Shown in pieces: positions 1 to 12,600 of a stretch of DNA of 64,000 nucleotides. Source of the DNA: Octopus vulgaris (taxonomy: Eukaryota); contig OX597835.1 of NCBI GenBank assembly GCA_951406725.2, positions 5,704,001-5,768,000 on the forward strand. The letters are read 5' to 3'. Below the pieces are notes generated by a model. That model saw only the letters and a program-made list of their open reading frames with translations, had not been told where the DNA came from and did not search any database. A program made the translations under genes and the position numbers. The stretch's first letter is position 1; every line of letters begins with the position of its first letter.

Positions 1-130
1 GCCTGAGAATTACAGATTTACGCGTAAGATGCACGTGCCTGTGGGGGTACTCAGCCACTTACATGCTAATTCAATATGGCAGATAATTCAATTGATGGAA
101 TTACGAAATCTTCTTTGTCGAGCGACGAAG
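1..130 (+). mobile_element. Diverged 3' part of SINE family C
   Basis: CCTGAGAATTAC...CACGTGCCTGTGG...CTCAGCCACTTACATGCTAATT...GACGAAG aligns by eye to 19631-19754 of the full-length copy. Confidence 0.6.
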
Positions 131-149
131 ATCCATCTCTATCGCTAAA

Positions 150-198
150 TGATGATGTCGATGACGATGTTGATGATGCTGATGATGATGATGATGAC

Positions 199-229
<31 letters not shown>

Positions 230-315
230 TTGATGATGTTGATGATGATGCTTATGATGATGTTGATGATGATGATGATGATGATGATGCTGATGATGAT
301 GATGATGACGATGAC

Positions 316-367
<52 letters not shown>

Positions 368-456
368 TTGATGATGTTGATGATGATGATTATGATGATG
401 TTGATGATGATGATGATGATGATGATGCTGATGATGATGATGATGATGACGATGAC

Positions 457-493
<37 letters not shown>

Positions 494-560
494 TTGATGA
501 TGATGATGATGAGATGTTGATGATGATGATGATGATGCTGATGATGATGATGACGATGAC

Positions 561-591
<31 letters not shown>

Positions 592-670
592 TTGATGATG
601 ATGATGATGAGATGTTGATGATGAAGATGATGAGGAGGAGGAGGATGAAGGGGAGGAGGAGGAGGAGGAG
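150..670. repeat. (GAT)n microsatellite grading into (GAG)n
   Basis: Direct reading; interruptions (GTT, TTAT, GCT, GAC) recur with a period of about 138 bp. Confidence 0.97.
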
Positions 671-933
671 GAACGATGTGGGGATTAATGTCAACACTTG
701 TCTTTCTTGTACCGAGACGTTTCAATATTTTTATTTTTTTTTTACCAAAAATATGTCATCAGTTCAGTTTAAACCAATTCTTCGTTTCTTTATCTCAAAT
801 GTGATTGTTGTTGACCTTGTTGTTGTTGCTGTTGTTGCTGCTGTCAGCCGGTGTTTCTATATTTGGTGGTGATGATGATAATGATGATGATGATGAGTTT
901 GGTGGGTAGTATTGTAGGATCTGATAGTGATTC

Positions 934-965
<32 letters not shown>

Positions 966-966
966 A

Positions 967-1007
<41 letters not shown>

Positions 1008-1135
1008 TAATATTTGTGTTGTTAGTGATGGTCAGGATTATGGCGTTGTGGTGGTGGTGGTGGTCATGTAAAAGTTGTCTTTGTTAACGTTGGTGACACT
1101 GGGGAAGATGACGAAGGCGATAACGTTGATTCTAA

Positions 1136-1421
1136 TACTCTTTTACTCTTTTACTCATTTCAGTCACTTGACTGCGGCCATGCTGGAGCACCGCCATTTA
1201 GTCGGGCAAATCGACCCCGGGACTTATTCTTTGGAAGCCTAGTACTTATTCTATCGGTCTCTTTTGCTGAAAAACTAAGTTACGGGGACGTAAACACACC
1301 ACCATCAGTTGCCAAGCGATGTTGGGGGAACAAACACAGACACACAAACATACATGCACACACACACATACATACATATGTGACGAGCTTCTTTCAGTTT
1401 CCGTCTATCGAATCCACTCAC
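1136..1421 (-). mobile_element. SINE family A, 3' half (5' truncated)
   Basis: Reverse complement of 30945-31215: TACTCTTT tail, GACTGCGGCCATGCTGGAGCACCGCC, internal CA tract, CTTCTTTCAGTTTCCGTCTA. Confidence 0.9.
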
Positions 1422-1754
1422 ATGATGTTGATGATGATGATGATAATGATGAATAAAGATGATGATGATGATGCATGATGACAGCGACGACGATGATGAT
1501 GCTGATGATGATGATGATGTTGATGTTTATACTTATTGTTGTAACTATGGTTGAAGTTAGAACTGAGAAAATTGCAAAACTTGAAATCTGCTGCTGCTGT
1601 TGCTGCTGCAACAATTGTTGTAGCTGTGGTGGTGGTGGTGGTCGTCGTCGTCGTCGTTGTTGCATTCGTACTGAATAATTCTGCGATTATCGGATTAAAT
1701 CAGATTAAAATGCATGGTGAATTGAAGAAATGAAATATAATGAAATAAAAAGGC

Positions 1755-1821
1755 AGCAGCAACAACAACAACGACGACGACAACAATAACCACAACAACA
1801 ACGACAATAATAATAATAATG

Positions 1822-1854
<33 letters not shown>

Positions 1855-1982
1855 GTGATGGTGAGGATGACGACTGCGATAACAATAATCATCATAACAG
1901 TTATAATTACAATTGCAGTTGTTAGAATAGCGGTGACGATGACGGTAATTAAGGTGAGATGATGACGACAACGACGACCACG

Positions 1983-2049
<67 letters not shown>

Positions 2050-2134
2050 TAACAATGATACTAATACTACTACTACTAATAATAATAATAATAATAACAA
2101 CGACAATAACAACAATAACAGTCATAATAATAAT

Positions 2135-2172
<38 letters not shown>

Positions 2173-2237
2173 TTATAATAATGATAATAATAATGATAAT
2201 AATAATAATAATGATAATAATGATCATAATAATAATG

Positions 2238-2283
<46 letters not shown>

Positions 2284-2422
2284 CAACATCAACAACAATA
2301 ATAATAATAATGATAATAATGATAATAATAATAATAATAATAATGATAATAATGATAATGATAATAATAATAATAATGATAATAATGATAATAATAATAA
2401 TGATAATAATAATAATAATAAC

Positions 2423-2454
<32 letters not shown>

Positions 2455-2534
2455 TAATAATGATAATAATAATAATAACAATAATAATGATAATAATAAT
2501 AATACTAATAATAATAGTAATAATAATGATGATG

Positions 2535-2598
<64 letters not shown>

Positions 2599-2688
2599 TA
2601 ATAATAATGATAATAATAATGATAATAATAATAATAATAATAATAATGATAATAATAATGATAATAATAATGATAATAATAATGATAA
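1755..2688. repeat. (AAT)n/(AAC)n microsatellite complex
   Basis: Direct reading. Confidence 0.97.
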
Positions 2689-2733
2689 CGTGTCTAAAAA
2701 TGTGTGCTTAATTTTATATTTTGTATTACAAAC

Positions 2734-5598
2734 TTTTCTCTTTTTGACGGTGTTTTTGTTGTCAGGTGAATCTGGTTTGACACATTCGATGACATTAATA
2801 TCCAATCCCTAAACAGATTAACTCACCATTTGCGGAGAGAAATAAATAAATAAATACAATTAATTTTATTTGTGAAGTTTGTGTAAAATAAGTTTTGTAT
2901 TTAGTTCGTAGTGATATGAGAATATTGACGTTTCGAGCGGAATGCGTCAGGAGAGGAAGAAGAAGAAGAAGAAGAAGAAGAAGAAGAAGAAGAACAAGAA
3001 GAAGAAGGATGAGGAAGCGGTGGAGGAGAAGGAGGAGAAGAAGAAGAAGAAGAAGAAGAACAAGAAGAAGAACAAGAACAAGAAGAAGAAGAAGAAGAAG
3101 AAGAAGAAAGAAGAAGAAGAAGAAGAACAAGAAGAAGAAGAAGAAGAAGAAGAAGAAGAAGAAGAAGAACAAGAACAAGAACAAGAAGGATGAGGAAGCG
3201 GTGGAGGAGAAGGAGAGGAAGAAGAAGAAGGAGAAGAAGAAGAAGAAGAAGAAGAACAAGAAGAAGAACAAGAAGAACAAGAAGAACAAGAACAAGTACA
3301 AGAACAAGAACAAGAAGGAGGAGGAGAAGAAGGAGAAGAAGAACAAGAAGAAGAACAAGAAGGAGGAGGAGAAGGAGGAGAAGAAGAACAAGAACAAGAA
3401 CAAGAACAAGAAGGAGGAGGAGAAGGAGGAGGAGAAGAAGAAGAAGAAGAAGAAGAGGAAGAACAAGAACAAGAACAAGAACAAGAAGGAGGAGGAGGCG
3501 GTGGAGGACAAGGAGGAGGAGAAGAAGAAGAAGCAGAAGAAGAAGAAGAAGAAGAACAACAACAACAACAACAACAACAACAAGAAGGACAAGAACAAAA
3601 ACAAGAACAAGAAGGAGGAGGAGGAGAAGAACAAGAACAAGAACAAGAAGAACAAGAACAAGAACAAGAAGAAAAAGAAGACGAAGAAGAAGTGGAGAGA
3701 GGTGGGAGAGGAAGAAGAGACGTCGTGGATAGGAGAGAGAAGAGGAGAGGATGGAGACGGAGGAGACGAAGGTGGAGAAGGAAGAAGAATATGCTTGATC
3801 TTGCCGTTAATATATTTCTTTTTATTTTGTGTTGTTGTTCTTGCTGTTCTTATTTTGTTGTTGCTGTGGTTGTTTTGAGTTGTGTTGTTGTCATTGTTGT
3901 TTTTGTTATTTTCATTGTTTTTCCTGATGGTTTTTTTTCCGTTGTTCTCGTTGTTCTCGTTGCTGTATTACAATTGAACCAGCTTGAATTCCGATAGGGT
4001 GTCACTGCCATAAATTTACTTACATGGACTGGGTTCGAACTCAGCACTTTTTTACTGTTATCTACATGAACATTTTCAGTGTTGCTCCAACCACTCACCC
4101 CTTGTCTTAGATTACTGCAGACCTCGAAAACCTTTACCTGAAACAACGTCTTAATTCTTCGAGTGTCACTGTATATAACTATTTTCCGTCGGATCTTAAA
4201 CTTCTATAATGATATCTTTAAACATTTCCGGAATACTGGAATCTAAAGAAGATCCAGCCAAGATTTGAAATGATAATGTCGAAATATAAAACTAAAGTCG
4301 TAAAAAAAAACTTCCGTTGGATGAACTTTTTTCACGAGTTCATCCAACCTGGACAGCATCGATGGATGCTTTTGGTGTCTCCGAGACCGACTGGAGAAAG
4401 AAAACATGGCGTATTGAACACAGACTTGATTTAAACACTTGTGAAAGATTCACTCTGTTAAAGGCACAGAAGGGCTAAGGAAAAGGGGGTAATCTTGGTG
4501 ATGAATTAAACCGTCTTCATAAGAATAAAAAAGGTCGTCTTGACACGCTTCCACACAGTTTCCATTTCTCGAGTTTTATTCACAAAATTATAGTAGAAGA
4601 TATTTAACCAACGTACTGTGTAGGATTCGACCTAAATTAAAGTCGTTGCTAAGTGAACATCTTCAGCATGTGGAATTTCATCTGTCTTTACGTTCTGAGT
4701 TGAAATTTCATCGAGGTCGACTTTGCCTTTCTTTCTTTCGGGATGGACAAAATAAGTGCCAGTTGAGAACTTGGGGTCGATTAATTGAGCTTTCCTCTCC
4801 CCCAAAGTTGCTGGCGTCCTGCTAAAAATTTAAAATCATTATATACGAGGCGGTGCTGAAAGGTTTTAGCTTTAAGGGTTTCGCAAAAGGCCTGGTTGGA
4901 GGCCCAAACTTCTGAGTTTTTTTGCAGGTCTTAGAAAAACCGAAGGGCCCCAGCAATAAGGGTGCGAGTCTGAGAAGGAAATATGTTGAATAAAGTCCTG
5001 TATTGTCTTTTACCCAAAGTCAGTAACTTTCTAGCACTTCCTCGAATACACACTCACACACACACACTCTCACACACAAACACAAACACACACTCATACA
5101 CACACATAAACACACACATACAAATATTCTAATCAGTGATGCACAGAAAGATAATCCCCCAAAGGAGGAAAGGATGTAGTAGAAAAAGGCCAAAAGAAAG
5201 TGTGGCCCTTAATCCGGAAACCTCGATCATTAGGGAAAAAGACTTTTAAAGATTTAATTCAACACCCTGTCGACCATTTCAGAAACCCCTAAATCTGATT
5301 TGTATTATAATGGCAGCAAGAAAGAAGGGGAAAAAACCATTTCTCTTTTTTTCTTATTTAGATCCTTTTAATTTTCTTTAAAATCATCTTGAAAAATATT
5401 TTTCTGAAAATCTAGAAAAACTACGTCACAAAATTTCCCTGAATGCAAAGTTTGAAATTTAAACCTTAATCTAATGAAAAATGAGCGAAACGGAGGCGTT
5501 TGATGAATTGATTTGAATATTTCTGTCTTCTTTCGACGTAAGCCATCAGCACGATAACCTCTCGATAGTCTTTCAGTCACTTCACTATTTTCCATCAT
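2734..5598 (-). CDS. Candidate spliced gene of unknown function (exons 5598-5465, 4390-4312, 4137-4024, 2808-2734)
   Basis: Four unique-sequence islands with GT donors and AG acceptors (TTTTCTTTCTCCAG, TTGTTTCAG, CTGTTTAG) join in compatible phases into 134 stop-free codons. Two donors are weak (GTTTAA, GTTTTT) and no homology is recognised. Confidence 0.3.
2955..3690. repeat. (AAG)n/(AAC)n/(GAG)n purine-rich microsatellite
   Basis: Direct reading; AGGATGAGGAAGCGGTGGAGGAGAAGGAG recurs at about 3006 and 3187. Confidence 0.97.
4674..4841 (+). mobile_element. SINE family B, older variant lacking the 5' head
   Basis: TTTACGTTCTGAGTTGAAAT...GAGGTCGACTTTGCCTTTC...TGGGGTCGAT matches the reverse complement of 15916-16145. 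Confidence 0.75.
4846..5044 (+). mobile_element. Mariner-derived MITE
   Basis: Imperfect TIRs TA|CGAGGCGGTGCTGAAAGGTT and AACTTTCTAGCACTTCCTCG; the internal frame LEKPKGPSNKGASLRRKYVE* resembles the mariner C-terminus (xxKLxxRWxKCxxxxGxYVE*). Confidence 0.7.
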
Positions 5599-6220
5599 TT
5601 CAAACAAATTAAACGAGCAAACTGGGTGTTATTTTTCTTAATTCCTCTTGCAGTTAAGATGAAATATCTCTTTATAGCATCAGTTGTCTATTCTTTGTTT
5701 CATTGATTTTGCTCTGAAAGAAAAAAGAAGAAACAAGAAAACCCAAAACTAACGTTAGTAATGCTCGGATGCTTCATGCCATAGAATTTTCATACTGTAA
5801 TGGCGATTCATCCTAAGAAGACGATAAATTAACGATGACGAATTAAAGTGTTAGCGATAATTGTAAAGACAATCTGGAATGAAAGGCAAGCAGCGAGACG
5901 AGAAAAGAATGAGATTTAAGCCAAGCTATTTCAGATTTCGTGGATTATTTAACATATTGGTTATTTATCATGGATTATCATGGATTATCATGGAATATAT
6001 CACATATTACGTACGTATATGTATGGAACGTGTGTAGGTGGTGGCATGCTGTATTCTAGTGTTCTATCAGTCAAATTATTTATTCTCAGAATGAGTGTCA
6101 ACTGGTTGAGTATACCGCAGGTGCTTGTTGCATTCAACTACTCTTAGTTAAGTATTTCACCGGTAAGGGTCTCTTTCACATATTCCTGTTGAGTTTGCAT
6201 GCCGCGCACAACTCTCAGTT

Positions 6221-6388
6221 GCATTTCATCCATCTTTACGTTCTGAGTTCAAATTCCACCGTGGCCGACTTGGCTTTCTATCCTTTCTGTGTCGATAAAA
6301 CAAGTAACATTCAACAATTGGGGGGTCTATGTAATCGACTTAACCCTTCCTCCGAAATTGCAGGCCTTGTGCCAAAATTTGAAACCAT
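6221..6388 (+). mobile_element. SINE family B, older variant
   Basis: ACGTTCTGAGTTCAAATTCC...GTCGATAAAAC...GGCCTTGTGCCAAAATTTGAAACC. Confidence 0.8.
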
Positions 6389-8084
6389 TTTTGTTCCATG
6401 GTTCGTCTCCATCTAATATGTTGTTTTGTATTTTCAATGTCAGATTTTGTATCTGTTTTGAAACGTCTTGGGTTTTGACAATTCCTTTATTGGCATTCTT
6501 AGGAAAGATGCGAATGGGAGATGGAATATATTAAGAGAAAGTCACCGTTCCTGCAACATCACGTGAGTCACGGAATTTTTTCTGCCGACTAGATTGTTAG
6601 ATTATTGTGACAAAGAGGAATATACAAAATTTTTCTGTCTGCCTCTTCGGCTGAGAATGAAAAACAAAAAAAGAGAGACAGTGGGAAGTGCAGTTGTTAC
6701 TTTTGTTTTGGTGGGAAAAGAACTGATGAGAATCATTTGAAAGTTCTATTCTGCGAAGATTGAAACAAACTACAACTCGCAGGTCGGATAGGAAACAATT
6801 ATTCCTAAAACATTCCTATTTATAATTCAGGCCAACTTAAAGGGATAAAATAAAGGGGTAAAATATACATTTTAATAACTCTGAAGGTGAGACGATATAT
6901 AGTTTAGTGAATATTTTGAAATGACAAATAATTAAAATTTATTGACGCCATAAAAGGAAATGTGAAATAATTACTTTTTGGAATAGAGGATCTCGAAGCT
7001 CGCATAAAGCTATGAATAATACCATATAAGTATTGGGTTGAAAATCACTTTTTGGATTGTAGAAAAGGTTTATCAGCCCAATATTTACATGTTATTATTT
7101 GTAGCTTTATGTGTGCTTCGAGATTCACAATTCCAAAAGTTAAAAAATGGTTATGTCTATATTTATTGAACTGGGATCAGGCCAAACACTGCTGCGAACA
7201 GTATGTGCTGCCATCCATTTTCTGCTCCATAGATTCAACGTACATCAATTCTGAAATTTAATGAAGTTTAATATATGTTATTTGTATTCAATTATCACCA
7301 ACAACGTGAACAATTCCCTCAAATTAATGTTGGAATCATGTAGAAATATTAAATAGTAACACTCCAGAATGGCAGGCTGAAAATATCCCTTTCACTAAAT
7401 AACAGCCAATAAATCAACAGAAATTAGAAATAACCCCCCTTTTTTTTTAAATTTAAGAATGAAAACGAATAAATAAACGCCATTTTAGAAGGGTAAAAGA
7501 GTAAGAAGAGAGGATTTTGAAATTTGAAATCAGCTTTAAATATTTTCGTCACGTCATGACAAACTAAATGCAAGAAAAGTTAATTTAAAGTTTGCACAGT
7601 TTATGCTTTTGTAAATATTTTCGCTCTTTATTTAATGAGAAGCAAGAATTCAGTCACACGTAATAACGATCTGACATTTTACAAGAGTTCCGATGATGTC
7701 TTTTTGAAAAGATGGTAAAAATAAAAGCAAGAACTAGGAATTGTTGAAATCATTAGAAAGTTAAGAGAAATTTAAAATTAAATCTATGATTGGCGATAAA
7801 TGTCGACACAGATTGGAATTCCTTATTTCTAGATTCATTGTTCGATGAAGAATTTGATAACAATTTAAGAATATGCTATTGAAAAATGGAAGTGCTATTA
7901 GATTTTTATTTTTTCATTTTTTTCCAATGCAGCACTAAATCTATGTTTAAGATTTTAAAGATCGAATACCAAAGAAAATTTTATGTGGTGGCAAAATCTT
8001 ATATTTTATTGACAATCGATAACATTATACTTTTAAAATAATATTCACTCTAATATTAGTTTTATAATTTAGCACAAGGCCGCA

Positions 8085-8534
8085 AAACTATTTACAAAAA
8101 GTGAGGCAGAACTGGACAGCCTAGTCCAGTCGGTGCGGATTTTCTCCGATGACATTAAGATGGAGCTTGGACTCTCAAAATGTGCTACGATGGTGATGAG
8201 ACGAGGAAAGCTTGCCAGAACGGAAGGCAAATGAATGCCAAGTGGTGAAATGATAAAGGCAATTCAACCTCAATGCAGTTATAAGTACCTGAGAATACTT
8301 GAGGCAAATGGAATCAAACACCACGACATGACGGAATATAAAAGAGATTACCTGCGGCGAGTGAGAAAAATACTGGTTTCAAAGCTGAATGCCAGAAACA
8401 TAATTTCGGCAACAAACTCGCGCGCAGTCGCAGTAGTTCGGTATGGGGCTGGAATCCTGAAGTGGACAGAAGAGGAACTAAAGGAGATGGAGAGGAAGTC
8501 AGGAAAGCTCCTAACGATGCATAGAGCAATCCAT
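8085..8534 (+). mobile_element. Non-LTR retrotransposon RT/thumb fragment, R4/Dong clade
   Basis: One frame with one stop (8232): KLFTKSEAELDSLVQSVRIFSDDIKMELGLSKCA...YKYLRILE...RRVRKILVSKLNARNIISATNSRAVAVVRYGAGILKWTEEELKEMERKSGKLLTMHRAIH, the typical region after YxDD in R4/Dong elements. Confidence 0.85.
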
Positions 8535-8612
8535 AGCGGGAAGGATGATAGAGATGTGGCCCTCCTGATAAAGGAAGGTCTCTAGGGATAATCGAGGAAC
8601 CTCACTGTCTTC

Positions 8613-8901
8613 ATGAAAAACATGAAGGAAAAATGTAAGAAGATTAATCATCAGTCACAAATGATTGTCTGTTAATCAATAAATTTCTTGTATAATCCCT
8701 AAAAAATCGATAATGTTGAGATCAGATGTATCATTCAGACATGATGGGAGCCATGTTTGGTTTTGTGTGACCCTAGATCAGACTTGATCCAGGTTTGTTG
8801 AACAGCTAAGTACCAGACTTAATGAGTACTGGGTTTTAAAATAATTAATGAAAAACATGAAGGAGAAATGTAAGAAGATTAATCATCAGTCACAAATGAT
8901 T
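8613..8901 (+). repeat. 54-bp direct repeat pair (8613-8666, 8848-8901)
   Basis: ATGAAAAACATGAAGGA(A/G)AAATGTAAGAAGATTAATCATCAGTCACAAATGATT, one mismatch. Confidence 0.9.
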
Positions 8902-8950
8902 TCCCTGAAACCCTAGACGTAAGTGTCCTCCCAAGTTCCTTCTCTCCGAC

Positions 8951-9346
8951 TCACAGGTCAACACTCTGAGAGGTACCATCCACCCATGCCATTTTCACAA
9001 CTTCCACCCACCTTTCAATAAACTCACTCAAGGACAGCACTTCCCTCTCCCGTCTCAATTTCCTTTTCAAGTGAAACTTGAAGAAGTCGATGAGAGCTTT
9101 ACCAAAGCGGAATGTGTCCGTCCTCGTGCCTTTCAGCCTTGTCCACCAAACAACCTCTTTCACCACAACCACCAGGCAAAGGAAAACTGCCTTGCCCCCT
9201 CGAATGAAGGAGGGCGAGGGTGCGATCATCACTACAGATTCGACCGACAGAGAGATCCGTCCTACACGTGACAGCAGCTGTTCAACATAACTCCACAGGT
9301 CAGCAAAGCCCAGACACTGAATGAGGGCGTGCAGAACGGTTTCGTC
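8951..9346 (-). mobile_element. LINE ORF2 C-terminus with part of the CCHC knuckle, L1/Tx1 group
   Basis: Open frame DETVLHALIQCLGFADLWSYVEQLL...KEVVWWTRLKG...EFIERW; ETxxHxxxxC followed by W motifs is the L1/Tx1 C-terminal signature. Confidence 0.75.
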
Positions 9347-9412
9347 ACTATCATTATCATTATCATTATTATAATGATAACGATAATCATAATCCTTTCT
9401 ACTAAAAACACA

Positions 9413-9501
<89 letters not shown>

Positions 9502-9871
9502 TACCGAACTGAAGTTGAAATTATGTTACTTCCCGCAAAGTCAGCAAAGTATTGGCTACTGATCACTGTATAATGAGATTTATAGTTGGGAAAAGCTTAA
9601 TTTTAACTTCAACACAATTTAATCGGATATAAATATATCTAATTGTTCTAAACATGAGATTAATAGCCCTAAAATTTTTAATCCCTTTGCATTAGGATAT
9701 TGTAATAAGGCCACCCACATTCTATATCTGCTCAAACAGTCCTGTGATGTAAATCGCGTTTACGCCAACCAATTTATTGCATACCTATTGTACACATCAT
9801 TACTAATTATCCCCTTAATTCGTCGTCCCTGATATAAAAATGTTGGAAGAATCTATTGTCGCTAAATAGTA

Positions 9872-10121
9872 TGTGTGTGTTGTAAGAAGATTGCTTCCCA
9901 ACCACATGGTTCCGTGTTCAGTCCCATTGCGTGGCACTTCGGACAAGTGTCTTCTACTATAGCCTCAATCCGGCCAAAACCGTGTGAGTGGATTTGGTAG
10001 ACGGAAACTGAAAGAAACCCATCGAATGTGTGTGTGTGTGTATGTGTGTGTGTATTTATGTGTGTCTTTGTGTCTGTGTTTATTCCCCACATTGCTTGAC
10101 AGCCGATGTTGGTGTGTTTAC
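9872..10121 (+). mobile_element. SINE family A, 5' part
   Basis: TGCTTCCCAACCACATGGTTCC...CAAGTGTCTTCTACTATAGCCTC...GGATTTGGTAGACGGAAACTGAAAGAA, internal TG tract; ends at TGGTGTGTTTAC. Confidence 0.88.
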
Positions 10122-10228
10122 TTAGGTGTTTCGCTCATAAACACACACATCGCCCGGTCTGAGATTCGAACCCGCGATCTCTCGATCGCGAGTCCACTGC
10201 TCTAAACACTAAGCCATGTGCCTCCACA
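10121..10228 (-). mobile_element. SINE family C head (tRNA-like)
   Basis: Reverse complement GGAGGCACATGGCTTAGTG...GGACTCGCGATCG...GGTTCGAATCTCAGACCGGGCG...GAGCGAAACACCTAAG matches the head at 19393-19500. Confidence 0.85.
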
Positions 10229-10649
10229 TAAAAGAATATAAGCATGCTTAAATATCTTAATTTCTGAAAACTCTACAACTCTTTACTGAAAGGAATATAG
10301 ACTTACTGAAAGCAAAAGAAACAGACCGAACTACTTATAGAGTGCGTTAGTAAAAGTTCTAAAGCTTTGAAACAGATAATGGCACGCAAGTACGACACAT
10401 AATCTTTTTTATTCTATACATGACTGTAAATCTGGATAAACTAGGATTTTCAGAAAAAGAAATCAACTAGCCAATTTCCACATTACAAATACAATGTGTA
10501 AGCGGAAAAGTTAAAATATGAAATGCTGTCCTCAAGTTTAAAATGTGAATTATTTTTTACAAAATTCCAACGATTGAATTTTGTGTCTTAGTTAGGAACC
10601 CTCTCTTTCTCCAACCAGATGGAAGATATCAAGTAATTAAAAATACAAG

Positions 10650-10693
<44 letters not shown>

Positions 10694-10931
10694 CTCTCTC
10701 TCACACACACACACACATACATACACATACACAAGCACGCACAAGCACACACATATATATTCCATACAAATGTATGTATTTACGTGTACATACATTCATA
10801 TGTGTATACTCATACACGTATATGAATGTGCGTATACATATTCACTTGTTATTTCTATTTAACTAATCTATGAATTTTATTAATTATAGCTTTTGGAGTC
10901 TGTTAGCAATTATACGTTTGAAATTTTGTAC

Positions 10932-10980
<49 letters not shown>

Positions 10981-11079
10981 TGATTATATAAATATTAATA
11001 ATATATATGTATATGATTAATTATATACAAATGATTGATTATATGTGCGGAAGTGTGTTTTCTACGTATGTGAGATTGC

Positions 11080-11123
<44 letters not shown>

Positions 11124-11440
11124 CTTATATATTCTAAATTTCACATACGTAAAAAATACTCCCACACATAATAATTAATCATTTTCCTCATAACCATGTA
11201 TGTGTGTGTATGTACATATTTAGGTCTGTGTGTGTGTGTGTGTGTGTGTGCGTGCGCGCGCGTGTTTGCGTGCATGTATGTATGTGTGAGTGTGTGCGCG
11301 CGCCTGTGTGCGTGTGTGCGTGCATGTATGTATGTGTGAGTGTGTGCGCGCGCCTGTGTGTGTCAAATTGAATGCACAACCGAAAAAGTTACTAGTAGTT
11401 TCATTCTATTATGATACTTGAACAGGCATATATATATAAT

Positions 11441-11800
11441 CTTTTCTACTATAGGCACAATTTTGAGGGAAGGGGCAAGTCGATTCAATCGACCCAAGTA
11501 CTCAACTCGCACTTACTTTATCGACCCCGAAAAGATGAAAGGCAAAGATGACCTCGGCAGAATTTGAACTCGGAACGTAGCGGCAATTCGCCCGGCATAC
11601 TAATGATTCTTAGTTCTTTACTGCCCACAAGGGGCTAAACACAGAGAGGACAAACAAGGACAGACAAACGGATTAAGTCGATTATATCGACCCCAATGCG
11701 TAACTGGTACTCATTTAATCGAACCCGAAAGGGATGAAAGGCAAAGTCGACCTCGGCGGAATTCGAAATCAGAACGTAAAGACAGATGAAATACCTATTT
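11441..11800 (-). mobile_element. Two adjacent SINE family B copies (11441-11609, 11614-11800)
   Basis: Both contain CCCGAAA...GATGAAAGGCAAAG...ACCTCGGC...GAACGTA, matching 16021-16081. Confidence 0.88.
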
Positions 11801-11818
11801 CCTTTTGTGTATATTAGG

Positions 11819-12238
11819 AAGTCTTTGTTTAAGACAATATGATGAGATATGCTGGTGATATAGCTGCTATTTCTAGCAGGTTAAGCTTGTTGGTTCAACA
11901 CTGAGACGAGCATATCTATGTTGAAGTAACTATATATGTTAATGAAAAGTCTCTCGGACACAAGTGTCTCGATTTTTGGACTCGTCGAAATGCTTAACCG
12001 GTTTCTATGGTGTGCAAGTGAAAGAGAGCACAAGTCTTTGTTTAAGACAATATGATGAGATTTGCTGGTGATGTAGCTGCTATTTCTAGCAGGTTGGTTC
12101 AATACTGAGACGAGCATATCTATGTTGAAGTAACTATATATGTTAATGAAAAGTCTCTCGGACACAAGTGTTTCGATTTTTGGACTCGTCGGAATGCTTA
12201 ACCGGTTTCTATGGTGTGCAAGTGAAAGAGAGCACAAG
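11819..12238. repeat. Tandem duplication, two units of about 213 and 204 bp
   Basis: Units start AAGTCTTTGTTTAAGACAATATGATGAGAT at 11819 and 12032; near-identical with one ~9-bp indel. Confidence 0.95.
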
Positions 12239-12249
12239 ATTCCCTATGA

Positions 12250-12600
12250 ATAGGGGCAGAGGTATGTTGCAGTATGACCCCGTAACAATGTGGACCTTGC
12301 AACCAATTGAGAATTTATGGGCTGCTGTAAAATGAGAGTTTGGTAGGCCGTACACAGCCAATATCACATTCAAAGATGTAATTTAACGTTTGAAAGGTAC
12401 CTTTAATCATCTGAAGGTAAATACTGTTCAAGGGTGCACCGATAAAGCAAATAGGAATATGAGAAGCTTATAGGAACGCATCAAGTCTATGGAAGCTGCC
12501 GATGATGAAAATGGAGATGATTCAGATGAGGATATGGATTCTAAAGGTTCTTCTGATGAGGGGGAAAGCATTACTGAGAGGTCTCTGATAATGATGATTA
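12250..12600 (+). mobile_element. IS630-Tc1-mariner transposase C-terminal remnant (Sailor/DD82E-like)
   Basis: From 12297: LQPIENLWAAVK*EFGRPYTANITFKDVI*RLKGTFNHLKVNTVQGCTDKAN... then an in-frame acidic tail MEAADDENGDDSDED; contains the PIExxW catalytic motif. Confidence 0.65.

Noticed and set aside
76-3878. Long low-complexity ORFs (poly-D, poly-I, poly-K/R, poly-H)
   Set aside because: Translations of (GAT)n, (AAT)n and (AAG)n tracts, open in several frames and on both strands; no coding signal.
11881-12237. 118-aa ORF with an internal repeat
   Set aside because: A product of the local tandem duplication; no homology recognised.
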